Source: the human T2T-CHM13v2.0 reference genome, Homo sapiens. Taken from it: a stretch of DNA of 64,000 nt. Location: assembly GCF_009914755.1 (NCBI RefSeq), contig NC_060942.1. One strand, 5' to 3'. Shown piece by piece: positions 50,951 through 64,000 of this stretch (the first letter of the stretch is position 1; the number at the start of each line of letters is the position of its first letter). Position numbers and translations under genes: made by a program. Under the pieces are notes generated by a model. The model was not told the origin of the DNA, did not search any database, and saw only the letters and a list, made by a program, of their open reading frames with translations.

Positions 50951-53900
50951 TTTAATTTTCTTTTTTCCAGGGACACATTCTCTTAATTATATGACTTCAG
51001 CATTATTTTACAAGGACAGTATTTTGTTATCTGCAGTTGTCTTTTCTGCTCTTTGGGAGTAAGGTACCTTTGGGAATTTAAACTGTTTGAGCTTCTTAAA
51101 ATACCAGTCATTCAGTTATTGTAATACTACATATACTGCTGTTTGGTGAGATGAAAGACTAATACCTCTTCCAAGAGAGTAATTCTTTGATTGGGTTAAG
51201 TGAGATAAAACCATGTATGATTAGGAGGCTAAGAGAACTGATGTGAAATTGTTTACATAATTAGCACCTTAAATACTAGCAGATTTACTTACAATCAGAC
51301 ATTTATTGGATGCTAACTATGTAATATTATCCCTGTCTTTCATGGAATGGAAATTAATAATATAATTTGATACCTGGATTCAGGAGAAGTTGAAGTAAGA
51401 AAGAATGCAGAACGAGTGGCTGTTGGACATCGTGTGATTTTGTGTTTCTTCCAGGACACCTTGGAGTGTCTTGAATGTGGTTTGTGGTCACTATTGTGTT
51501 TGTAGCAGCAAGAGGAGATAGCCAGGAAGGATAAGCAAAGTCCACCTGCTGCTGTCACCCCTCGTGTTGCTTTCATTCGACTCATCAAGAAACCCTCAAT
51601 AATGACTTTAATGTGATGAGTTAAATTTAAGGATATTAAAAACGTCTTGAAGGTAAGAAGGACTGAGGCAAACACCAATTTTGAAAAAGGAAAACAAACT
51701 TTCCACTGAATTGTTTTTATTCCAACAAGGTTTTGTGCATAGAAACAACTTACATGGCTTTTAATTAATACTCAAGGACACTGAATAAAATGCCGTTAGA
51801 TAATTACCTCCACTTCACAAACTTGGCTAATTAGCTCCCATAGAGTTACATTACCTTGATAGTTTTTTAATATCTGACTCTCTTAAATTTTTCAAGGAGC
51901 CTAATTTAAACAGCCTTAAAACTTTAAAAAATTTTTCCCACTACTTAAGTAACTCTTGTAAAGCTAGTAAATCCAACATACACATAATGGTAATTTGAGC
52001 TTTCAGATTTTCAAATACTGTTTGTGAAAAATTCTCAATCACAATTAAACATTGAAAATCAAAAGATTAATATGTAAGATTTTGTTAAATGTTTTAAGAA
52101 CCTTAAATATAAACCTGCACAGATTATCATAATGATCATAAAATTTATTCCTAAGCACAACTAGAAAGTATTATCACTAAAGTTGACTTTATCGATATGA
52201 AATACTTATTTCTTTACTTAACCCAGGGGTAAGTCATTTAATTTAGCCAAATAAGAAGAACAAATTTACCTTCTTGGGAGGGCCAGAATGCTGTTGGGAC
52301 CACGGCACAGTTGGAGCACGAAGACTGAGATGTGTGCCATGAGTGCTAAATTCTTGCAGGAGATTCTGTGCATACTTAGGTGAGCATGGTCGGCCTTCTT
52401 TTTTACTTTAGTTTTTGTACCATGTCAGTGGGGGACACCAGGACTGTGCCTTTCAGCTTGGAGTTCAGTTTCACAAAGCAGTAGACCATGGCATTTTAAA
52501 GTCTTTGTCTTTGGGTTTATTATTATGGTTTTTTGTAACCTATTTTAACATTCTGTAGTGGGATTTGGATGGAAAGAATTCTGCACCTACAATCAGGTTG
52601 AAAGTACTATCTTCCCCTACTTGATTTGGATTGAAGTATCTATTATTGTTCAGTTGGTTCCCGTGTCTTTTCATGTTTCATGCATTTTAGGTCACGATTT
52701 AGTGGTCATATTGATAAATTCATAATTCAGTAGGCTTTATATTGATAAATTTAATGGACCAACCACCACTATAGATAAGATGGTCTTATTACCGGGAAGC
52801 TATGACTTCATAAAAAGTTGAATGGTCAGGAAGGACTGTGTTATGCTGCAGTAATAACCCTCAGATCTCTGGTTTAACATGACGAAGGCTCATTTCCATT
52901 CGTGCCACATGTCCACCACAGGTCAGCTCTGCCCCATGTCTGCTGCTCTCAGGGCAGAACAAGGGACCACAGATCCCGGTGATAGGAGAAAGGAACTCAA
53001 GATGGTCTTGTACCAGCAATGTGCTGCTCATCCCAGAAGTGAGACACCTGACCTACATTCGTTCACCAAATCATAAAGGGGCCAGAGCCTTTGGGCGCCT
53101 GTGGGGCAGAGGGAGAGGAGAACCAGCTATGCTAGGGATGATACAATCTACTTACATCTTAAAGCATTTGAGGTCAATCAGAAGTTATTTTTTATTAACT
53201 TTTCCTAATTCTCATTATAGGACTTTAGTAGAAAACAATATAGGCAATCATACAGCAGTCGCTGTTACGTTGTTACACACATTCCGGGTGGCTTCACCAT
53301 ATTATTACATGTAGCCCTGACAGTCATTCTCTTATCCCCATTTTTCAGGTGAGTAAACAAACTCAGAGGAATTAATTTACTCTGAATGTTTCTGATGTTA
53401 ATATTCCTAATAGGAGATACTGTTTGAACTGGCTTCTTGGTTTTCTGTCATTTATGTTAAATGAAAAACAACAGTAGGCCAAATTGGAGGTTGAGCTTTT
53501 AATTTGATTTTTAAATAGGAATGTGAGCATTTGGTTGTTAAAAACTAAGCAGCGTGGTTCAGACTGGCTGGTTTCCTAGATCAGATGCTATGGCTTTCAT
53601 CCTGTGGTAATCTCAGGTCTCAGATTTTCCTGCACTAAGGAGTTGGAACATCCAGGAAGATTGAAATCAGGGTCTCTGTCATAGAGATTTCTTTCTCCCT
53701 TTGCTTTTTCATGTCTCATACTTAACATTTTTCCATCAGATCTCAACATTTATCTTAATTCTGATCCAAGTAGTAAACCATACCGTGGGGAACATCAGAT
53801 GCAGGGCCTGGCTGGCTGGGGAGCATCCTTGCAGAAGCGGCATCGGTAAGTGAAGGTTCAGGGCCTGAGCATGTAAAGGACAGCCCAGGATTTGGACATC

Positions 53901-54147
53901 ACTTGACTCTTACTAAAGAAGTTCTTCCTTTTCCCCATGTGTAAGAATATGAACCTGGGTTAAGGCACCTTTTGTTGTAAACTATTCTAATATCTCTTAA
54001 AAAGCACGTTGGGCTTTCCTGTTGGGATTCTTTGAAGCCGATGGCAGTGGTATTGTGTGGTGCTGGAGAGTGTGGCTCTGAGCAAGTCTGCCTGCCTTGG
54101 ATTCCTAACTGGGACCGCACAGCAGGCTGTGGGGTCCAGGCAGGCTG

Positions 54148-55000
54148 GCTTCCTCACCTGATAACCTGGGGACAACGGTACTTGCTGACAGGGCAGTTGT
54201 GGGGTTAGAGTTCACAGGTGCAAAGCTCTTGTAAAGAGTGATTTAAAAATGGTAGACAATAAACATTAGGATGATGGCTGAGAGAGTGAACTTAGTTCCT
54301 GTTCTGACAGTCAAACTTTCCTGATAACCAGTGCAATGCATTTCAGACTAAAGCCTAAGTCATTTTAGCAGACTTCATTTGGTTTTCAACATGGCCTGAT
54401 GGTGGCTGAGGACAGTCTGTGAGGAGCTATCCTGTCCCCATGCCTGGGCACTCCCCAGTTGGCCACAGGATCTGCCTGTCTAGGTCCCTGCCTAGAGGCC
54501 GTTTTGCAGATTTTTGTCTGGGTCCTTCCCCACTCGGGGATGTTGCCTCGAGGCTGACATCTGCTATGCCCTAGCTTCCTCACCGGATAACCTGGGGACA
54601 ACGGTACCTGCTGACAGGGCAGTTGTGGGGTTAGAGTTCACAGGTGCAAAGCTCTTGTAAAGAGCGATTGAAAAACAGTACACAATGGCCAGGTGTGGTG
54701 GCTCACGCCTGTAATCCCAGCACTTTCGGAGGCTGAGGTGGGCGGATCACGAGGTCAGGAGTTCAAGACCAGCCTGGCCAACATAATGAAACCCCATCTC
54801 TACTAAAAATACAAAAAATTAGCCAGGCGTGGTGGCAGGTGCCTGTAATCCCAGCTACTTGGGAGGCTGAGGTAGGAGAATCGCTTGAACCAGGAGGTGG
54901 AGGTTGCAGTGAACCAAGACCGTGCCATTGCCCTCTAGCCCGGGCGACGGTGCAAGAGTCTGTCTCACCAAAAAAAAAAGTATACGATAAACATCAAGAC
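54148..55000 (+). repeat. Local direct duplication of a MIR-derived ~120-bp segment
   Basis: Near-identical copies at 54148-54270 and at 54574-54686 plus 54989-55000. Confidence 0.9.
54687..54979 (+). mobile_element. AluS-type element
   Basis: Full Alu; degenerate TSD agtaYacRat. Confidence 0.93.
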
Positions 55001-57111
55001 TGTCCTCAGCTACTCTACCTGTAATCGCCTCCCTCCACCCCAGATTGCTCTTGCTCTTGTTTGATTTGACTTTATAGCACTCCCCGGCTCTGGAAGTTGT
55101 GCTGTGTGTTGATGTTTTCGTTGTGTGTCTCCCCCATTAAAATGTGCTCCACGAGAGCCATGGCACCCTTTCTCCCTCTTCCTAGAACAGTGCTTGGCAC
55201 ATATTACACTTTCAATAACTGTTAATAACTACATGAGCAAAAGCACTCAGCAAATGCTATTCTGTTTTGATTGAAATTGGCAGGCCTTTAGTAATGTGGT
55301 TCCCACTCATTTCTACTCACCAATACTTACCCAACACTTTTAAAAACAAATAGACGCCATGCTACTCAGTTCATGAAGAATTTTATTTAACTTACGGGAT
55401 TCTTTGTTTTCCCCAGCCCTCCATGCCTACTTTAGAGACTGAACATACCCTACTAGATAGTAGGCCAAGGCACATTCAGGATTTCAACATGTGCTTTGAG
55501 AAATACGTAAGCACATGGAAATGCTTTCAGCTACCTGCCTCTCAGGGCCCAGCATGGATCTCTTCCATGATTCTTGGGTGCCACCTTTTCCAAATCTCAG
55601 AGCCAAACCAAAAGCTTTTATTGCCTGAAGCTAAGATGAGATTTGGCAGTGATTTCACAGGAATGATACGTGAGGTGGGCAGTGATTGGGAAAGAAGAAA
55701 TTAGAAACAAAATTGGTCTGAACGGCCCTGTTCAAATATTTGAACCTATACACAGAAATCTTGCTTCTCCTCTTTACTGAAAGTACTTCCGTAGCCCTTT
55801 CTAGAGGTTGGGCTTTACAGTTCAAGAAGTGGAACAATCTACACCTTACATGATTTGCACCGAAGACCTTGACGGGGACAGTCAGCACTTCAGTGGCTTA
55901 TCACATAGACTGCTTGTTGGATCCTATCTTTGAAAGGGTTGTGTTAAAAATTGAACTCATGTTTCATTTTTTAAGTGTGATTTAGGTTCAGTCCTAAATA
56001 AAACAATGATATGTGCTTAGTTCTGCAATAACAAAGTCAAGTGTCCTTAGCTGAAGGACCACAAAACCACCATTGCACCTATGATTCAGGCCCATAAGTG
56101 AAGGACGGTCTTGCGCCCTAGCATTGTGACCCTGTCAGTCTTTGGGATGCTTTTGGTCATAGATAATTGAGAACAAACCTATTTGGAACATCTCATTCTC
56201 TTGTTCATGTCTCTGGAGGCTTCATTCTCCAGAATGGGAAGCAAATCCCCTAGCCAGCCCGAATGCCTCTCTTCCAGGATCTATACAGGAGAAAGACCAG
56301 AATTTTCCAAGCACCTGGCCTTTTTTTCTGAGTGCTTGTATGTTTCTATCATTGACCTAAATGATAGGATGAAATTAGAAGTGACACCAACAAAGTTTTG
56401 GTTTATGATGAAAGAGCACTTGTTAGTACTGAAGGACTGAGTGCGCCCCCACCACCATTCCTATTTTCAGAGCTGAGCATCATCTTAAATAATGTAATGC
56501 TATGATCCTAACTGATTGATTCTCTTGACAAAAAGAGTGAGTTAATGTATCCCTATTATCAGAGAAGAGAGTGGACAGTACAAGAAGAGGAAGTGAGTGG
56601 GGCAAAGGTGTTAGCATAGTCCCACTGAGACACATGAGGCTCCTCACACCTCAGTCCTTGTTCTTGCGGTGAGCATGGGCTGAGAGTCTCCATATGGACA
56701 GAGTGGCAAGCTGTGACCTCTGGCCCACAGGGACTCACTGGCCACCAGACCCTGGCTCTGTCCCCATCCTCTCAGCTCCTTACCTCCTCCATGTGCCTTG
56801 TAGACAGCTACAGGAGAGACAGAAAATTCACAGGCACAGATTGCTCTGATGGTCACCAGAAATTCCAGTGAGAATAGGGACAGGATGACAGAAGTTACTT
56901 GACAAGTGGAAATCAGCGTGGCCCAGGCATCTGGAGGGAGTTCCCTGACATCTCTGAGCTGCACAGCCACCTGGTCCAGGACATGCACGTACATGTTCCC
57001 CAAGTGAGCTAGAATGGTAGGGGTGCCAAAAGTTTCCAGAAGCTGCTGGTAATCCATCCTGGTCCGGGTGACTCCAGCCGGCAGTGACCCTGGAGTTAGG
57101 GGGTGCTCTAC

Positions 57112-57562
57112 AGCCAGGCTGGCTACATGATTTGCAGGGCCCAGTGCAAAATGAACATGCAGGAAATGCAGAGACCTCCCTCTGCAGTCACTCTGTTGAC
57201 CTGCCATGGTGTTTTTCGTTTGCTATTCCATGTCTTGCTTCAGGAACAGACCTGCGTGGGTGTGTGGACCCATGCCTTGTGACGTGGCACAAGGTGTGCA
57301 TCCAGCCCAACCCTCCCTGTGCCCATCTCTGATGGGGAGTGCAGCTGCACTTTCTGGGCAGGGTCGGGGAGTGGGCTGCCAATGGCCCATTATTGGATGG
57401 ACCCTGCAGGAGGATGCAGCCTCCACTGTCCCATCAGACTTAGCTTACAAAACATAAATTCTAAGATAGTTGTTGAGAACTTCAAGACATCCCCACGTGC
57501 AGGGCCTTCAGAGTGTGGGCCTTGTACATTTGCACTGGCCACCTGCCTGTGGAGCTACCGGG
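57112..57562. mobile_element. MER45-family (hAT-Tip100) DNA transposon
   Basis: Ends ggctggctacatgatttgcagggcccagtgcaaaatgaa and gggccttcagagtgtgggccttgt resemble recalled MER45 termini. Confidence 0.6.
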
Positions 57563-58777
57563 ACTCCAGCACAAGGTGTCTGAGCCAGACTTCAGCATGT
57601 GGAAGCCAGGTGTCAGGGGCTTCAGGTGAGGCATGAATGGCCCCCTCTGGCATGCAGCTTTCATGTCTAGATGTGCACCTGGGAGCCCCTTGCACCCCTG
57701 ACCCTGGCTTTTATTCCATCCTGGAGGAGTTTGCCATGGGCTGTGAGGATCTTAGATCCAAGGTCCACCCTGGGAGGGTGGCAAGGGTTCTCACAGGCCA
57801 CGCAGTCATTTGCTGAGGCCTTTGAGGTTCTTTACTGAGGAATCAACAGAGGCAGATAACATTTCCTATGCTGACACGGGTCCCTTGTCACAGTTGAGCG
57901 TGCTTGAATTATTAAGCTCAGAGATTCCCCCTGGGAGTGAGGGGAGGACACCATTGTGGGGAGCAGGGGGAGGCTTAAGGAAGCCCAGGATGTTCTCAGG
58001 CTGCAGTAGCAAACCCTGAGACCCCATAAGAGTGCATAGGAAAGGCTGCTGAAGTTAGAGCCCAAGTTCATCCAGACATCTCTGACTCGCCTCTGAGCAG
58101 CTGTGACCTGGCGTGCCTGTGTCCACAGGCTTCCTTGTTCAGCCCTTGCTCTCTAAAGTACAGGGCATGTTTGGCTTGGTGACGACGCCACAGGCTGTCC
58201 ATGTTGCCCTCTTGAAATGCCCCCTCACCCTGCCCCTCCCCAGCCTAGGCTGTGTGTCCAGCAGCAGCCATGAGCCCCCTGCTTACAGACGGAATGAAGG
58301 AAACAGGGCAGAGAGGGCACATTGCAAGTCTGTGGAGAAGCAGCCACAAGGGGTGCGACATGAGTAGATCACAGAACAGAAGGGAAACAGAGAGTGAGGG
58401 AAGGTGAGATGGAGGGAAGCCAGCAGCCCACGTGAGAAACGGGCAGGGAGGGAGGGAAGATGGTGGAACCCAGTTAGGTCTGTCCCGAAGCCTTGAGGGG
58501 GCTTTCCTGGGAGGGAGCTTAGCCGGGGCGTCCCCTGGGAGGTGCTTGTGCCTGGTGAGCTCTCGGGGCGGTGAGGCCCTCTCGTTGTCAGGGTCTTCTC
58601 CAGAGCGCTTCCCTGGCATCGGAGCTTATAACCACCTCATGCTGCCTTCCACTAGCAAACGTTTTTGGAATGGAACGAACACGTTTATTTGCAATTTATT
58701 CCCCGCCTTCCCTCTGTTTTTGGCATAAGAAACAATTCAGGTTTATCAAGGAGAGTCCAGGGTCAGAATTTTTCTAA

Positions 58778-58791
58778 CCACCAGGTGGCGC
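58778..58791 (+). promoter_or_regulatory. Candidate CTCF site
   Basis: CCACCAGGTGGCGC matches the core CCASYAGRKGGCRS consensus. Confidence 0.65.
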
Positions 58792-59398
58792 AGAGCAAGC
58801 TTACAGATTCCAGAGCAGGGAGAAAGCTGGTCCTGACTAAAGCACCAGGGCCCACTGCGACCAAGACTTTACGCGGACCAATCCCAAGCCTACTACCCTA
58901 CCGACAGAGAGTGAGGATAAATTATAGAATTGGTGCATAGGATTTGCGCTTACCGATCAGATGAAAACTTGCAGCCAGGGTGTGTTCTTTGAAGTACACA
59001 TGCATGTACACAGACACTCGGCGTGCAAATGCTTATTCTATTCACCCCTTGTCCCTTTCCTGGCCCTGAGCCGTGACAAAATGACATGGTGGATAACAGC
59101 TGTTCTGAGTGTGGCTGAGGCTCTGTCCTGGGCACTGCTTCTCTAGGGCGGTTCTCTGTGTGGTCTGTTCTTTCACTGCCCATCATTGAGCATCCCTGGC
59201 CCTACTCAGGAAATACTCATGGCATCCCTCAAGAACCATGATAAGCCAAAAATGTCCTCACACGTGTGCAGGGGCTGCACCCTGGGTTGGGGTATTGTCC
59301 CCTCCTGGGAACCACAGACAGATTTGAAAATGCAAGATCCCTCTTTTTCACCCCTCTGCCGTAAACACTTAGGAAATGTCTGCACACACCATCATAGA

Positions 59399-59602
59399 TC
59401 TGCGCTGTCCTATGGGATAGCCAGCTGTTAGGATTTCAGTTAATTAAAATGAAAAATAAAATACAGTTCCCTTCTTTGGTCACACTAGCCATATTTCAAA
59501 TGCTCCATAGCGCCATGTGGCTACTGGCTACCATTTTGGACAGTGCACACATACACAGAAGGCATCTCTATCACTGCAGAAAGTTCTATTGGATAGCCCT
59601 GG
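59399..59602. mobile_element. MER3-like hAT-Charlie element
   Basis: gcgctgtcc...cacactagccatatttcaaatgctc...gaaagttctattggatagc. Confidence 0.75.
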
Positions 59603-60074
59603 TCTGGAATATTCTTTTGAGGCACATCTAAGCACTGTTTTAGCCCCAAGCCACAGAACCCTGCATTAGAGGACCCAGTGCAGGAGTGTCTGACAAACCA
59701 ACCCTGGCAATTTAGCAGCCACAGCACTCAGAGGACCCCTTCCCCCCACAGGTCATGTAGGATGGAGGTCTGCTCTGAAGCTCTGGAAGCAGCTCTTACC
59801 GGTCACCCCTCATTTGTCTGCCTCTCTCTGAGTCCTGGAATCCTACACAGGCTACATCAGGGTGTGTATTGTCTGGGCCCCCAAGCAACCTGTCATCTTT
59901 TTTGTCTGACTGACTGGATTTATTCTCTCCTCCTTGAAAGTTCACAATGTCACCGAAAGACAAAGTCCTTGGCTCTTTTTTCCCTTTCCAACTAGATTAT
60001 TGGAGTAGAGGAAGGTTTTCCTAGTTTAGCTTCCCAGAGACATTCAAAAGTTTCTGATAGGAATACCCGCTACT

Positions 60075-60395
<321 letters not shown>

Positions 60396-61779
60396 CTACC
60401 CTCCTCTGAGTTACACAGAGATCGTTAGGCAGTAAGTGCTTGGAAGCAGGGAGGCATGAAGGTTCCTCAGTAAAACACTGTGGGAGTTGCCTTCAGGATA
60501 TCCACCACCCTGCCCAGACAGGCTTTGCTGCTCCCAGTAACAATGATATGTAAGCGATTAGTGCACAGAGAAAGAGCGAGAGGGGGAGATGGATTTGCAC
60601 TAGAAGCTCCACAGGTGAAGGTATGAGCCTTCTGAAGAATCGAGGGCCCACCCAGTACTTTTTTCATCTCAACTGTTTGTTTCTTAACTCTTTCCAGCAT
60701 GCGGCATTTCTCAGAGTGAGTCACAGATGGTTATTCTGAAGAGATGCTCCTTGAAAAAAATTCCAAAAAAAAAAAAAAAACCCAGCTGAAAATGTTTAAG
60801 AAACTCTATGTAATATTTTCTGGAACTACATGCCACAGCCTATTAAAGGTTTTGAGAAGTGCTATAGACAAGAAAGCCCTTGAATATTGTTTGACTCAGC
60901 ACGTCTGTAACACACTGGACTGTAGTGACCTCTCAGAAAACATCCACTCACACTCTGTGGACGAAATCCCAGGAATACACAACCATGATATACTACCCGC
61001 AGGTTGTCCACCCCACACCTCAAAGGCAGTGATGTGAAGGTTTTCTGAGTTCAAGCTTCTGCTGCACAGCAGCACTGAGCTCTTGCCTGCCCGAGAGAAG
61101 GAATTTTTACCATGGTGAGAAATAGCCATTTCATAACCCTCATAGCGCTAGTGAGAAAAGATATCTTATTATCATTGGCAACCACAACTGCACTGGCAGC
61201 CACACAGCACTTTACAGTTTACAGAGGGCATCGTTAGTTTTCAATGCCTAACAACCCTGGGCAATAGGAAGACCATTATCAGGGTAGGATCATTTCCACA
61301 AATTTAAGAAATTTACCCTAAATCATTGAGTTGGTGGAGTAGAAATTCACAATGAAATCTTTTGCTTCTAAGTCCCTGGTGTTTTTCTCTATCAAGTGTG
61401 ATCCAGGGTGGCGTTTGCTGCCAGGGGCTTCTTCCAGCCACATGCTGTAGTTCTGCTCCCTAGACCTAGGGTAAAAGTCTACTTCTGTTGCTGTTGTTAA
61501 GGCCCAGGACTTGGAATTAATAGACAAGGATTCCAATTCCAGGTGTGATATCAGAAAACCCATAAACCCCTCTACACTAGCTTCCTCTTTGGTGATCATT
61601 CCTCTTCGGTGATCGTTCCTGCTTAGCATGGTTGTCAGGATGTGCTAAGACGGAAGAGAATAGAACACGATTTACGCTTCAAGGAGCTTAAGGACCCCAA
61701 ATGAGCTGATCCACCCTTGACAGGCAGCGTAGTCCAGTGGTTACCGGAGAGGACTCTGGAGGCGCCCTGCAGGGGTCAA

Positions 61780-61945
61780 TGCCAGTGCCCCGGGCCACAT
61801 GACCTTGGGCAAGTGACTTTCCCTCTCTGGGCCTCTGTTTCTCCACCTTTACATGGGGTTCTTTGGAGTCCTCACAGCTGAGTTGTTGGAGAATTGAATG
61901 AGGAAACATATGCAAGCCACTTAGAATGATGCCTGGCACACGTTT
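61780..61945 (+). mobile_element. MIR fragment
   Basis: tgaccttgggcaagtgactt...ctctgggcctctgtttc core. Confidence 0.75.
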
Positions 61946-63863
61946 GGGAAGTCACTTTAGAAGGGCCTTTCTGGGAAGGATGTAGAAGGTGAACCCAACA
62001 ACCCTGACGTGGTCAAGTCCATTTGCCAGGCTGAGGCTGGGTGGTGGCTTGGCAGCTTCTGGACGGCAGGGAACCGGTTTATGGACAGGCTGGCACTGCT
62101 CTTTCAGTTTTATGTTTCAAATTCCGAATTTCCAAAGGAAAACATCTGGTCTCTCAAAGGAACCAATGAAGGTGAAACGGCTGGCATTTATCCCAGGTGA
62201 CGGTGGCAAGAGTACAAATCTGAAGTCTGACTGCATTGCCTCTGACTCAGCAGACCTGTCCTCAGCCCAGAAAATGCCATGTCCTCGCTGGGCTCAGCTC
62301 AGCATCCCTGAGGGTGAAATCCACCCCTTTTCTATGCTTGGTCCAAGCGTCTATGTGTGGTGTGCCCTGCCCTGGGCCCTGGCTCTTGGCCTCAGGCCGT
62401 GATTGCATTTCCACCGCCAGGAAGGAAGACCTGTGCTCTCGTGTGAGGACCAGCTGGCATGTACTTAGCGTAGACACAGGATCTATCAGGGCAGGGCTCG
62501 CAGAGCAGAGCAGAACAGGGGGCGTCTGCTCACCCTCCCAAAGGTATCGGTCCCATCCTGGCTCACCTCATCCCTTTTTTGGGGGCCCCTTCTCCTCTTC
62601 CAGACTTTTTAAATAGGGGTTGGGGCTCCCCCTTTCTCTCTTTTCTCTCTTTGTGGACACAGTACTTCCTGTGGGTAATTTTTCTGATGATTCTTGAATT
62701 TCAGCCTCTGCACCAGATCCGCCTCCTGAGTCACGCCAGGCCAGGGTACAGGGTCCCTGGGTTCTCACAGGCTCCATCTTACCTGGGAAACTCTATCCTC
62801 CCTTCACCTACTTTGGGGATGACCACAACACAGACGGCTCAGGTCTTGGGGGCAGCACTGAAGGGGGATGGGGAGACACCTTCTTTCAGGTGTTTTCTCC
62901 ACAGCAGCCTGGCTCTCAGCCCATCTCCACCCACCCAGGGGTGCTGGCCCATGGCAAGCACAGGGATGCCTGACACTGTCATCGGCCCCCAGGATGCACC
63001 CCAGGGCTTGGATGGGAAGTGGGATACAAGATGTTCATAGTTCACCATCAGGGGCTATAGTCTGGGGGCTGGAGGGACTGGCATTGACTTGATGGTCATC
63101 AGAGACCTGGACCTCAGTTCCAGGGGCCCTGACCCACCTGCCTTTCAAGGGACCCTAGCTCCCAGGCTCTGTTTCTCCCTACACCTGCTTTTAGCCCCAG
63201 TTTTTCATGGCTTTAATTTTTCAACTCTGGGTTGGTGCTTTTTCAATCCCTATCTTCAGCCATGACTCTTCTAAAATTTCAGCCCCACCCAGTTGTTTAT
63301 TATCTCGTTGACGTGAAGCTCCATGAACCCAACTCCCTCCTCCCATTCCTCTACCTCCTACTTAATTCCCTTCATGTTGTGTTTGGTTCTTCCAATCCTT
63401 CCTTGTCCCAATGATCAAGTCTTGATTGTTGTCACCATCTCTGTCATTGTGAAAATATCATTTTTATCATGGTTACCATAGGCTTGACTGATAGGAATTG
63501 AGCACATCAATACACTTTTTTTTTGGTTTTTTTTTTTTTTGGAACAAGACACCCTGCTGAAATCCAGCCTTGTGGCCAGGAGGATGTGGCTGTCGGTGAG
63601 GAGGCCCTGAGTCTGGGCTCTCATGCCGGTGCCCGCTGTCTCATCTCTTTACATTACTCCATGTGCTTTTCTCAAACCACTCCCTGCCTTTGGCCCCACA
63701 GCACCCTAGCTGTGCGTCCGCCTGGCTCCCTCTGCCCCGCCCCTCATGTCCACACACCCCAGCCCTCCCACTGGAAAGGTCAGGTTCGAGTGCCCCTTCC
63801 AGCCCCTCCTGCCATGTCATCTCCAGTTCATTCCACCCCGCTCACTGGGTGCCAAGCCCACTG

Positions 63864-63994
63864 TGACCACTGGAAACAGGGACCCATCTGCCTGTCACTT
63901 TAACCACCATGACCCCTGGAAACAGGGGCCCATCTCTCTGTCATTTTAACCACCGCGACCCCCAGAAACAGGGACCCATCTGCCTGTCACTTTT
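63864..63994. repeat. 46-bp minisatellite, ~2.8 copies
   Basis: tgaccactggaaacagggacccatctgcctgtcactttaaccacca units start at 63864, 63910 and 63956. Confidence 0.9.
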
Positions 63995-64000
63995 GTCTGG

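Noticed and set aside
63864-63994. Repeat array superficially like CRISPR
   Set aside because: Head-to-tail units with no unique spacers, no cas genes, and a primate genomic context.

Overview
Primate genomic DNA, human or a close great ape, judged by the Alu, L1PA and SVA content. One protein-coding gene is supported: NAPG (gamma-SNAP) on the + strand. I assembled it by hand from 12 GT-AG exons (24250-48367, 939 nt = 312 aa + stop), with a CpG-island promoter at ~24.0-24.6 kb and a ~2.5 kb 3' UTR ending near 50.9 kb. The rest is intergenic or intronic and repeat-rich: an old antisense L1 with a nested Alu and SVA, an LTR9-family solo LTR, a 5'-inverted L1PA, many Alus, and MaLR, MER, Tigger, MIR and L2 remnants. 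The most notable observations are a probable U12 (minor) intron directly upstream of an 18-nt in-frame microexon, a SOX/OCT-motif LTR 2 kb upstream of the promoter, and a twin-primed L1 ending ~85 nt before exon 6. Also of note are a local MIR duplication that predates an Alu insertion and a 21-bp-stem hairpin. I see no evidence for a wholly new gene system. Repeat subfamily calls come from recalled consensus sequences, not from a search.
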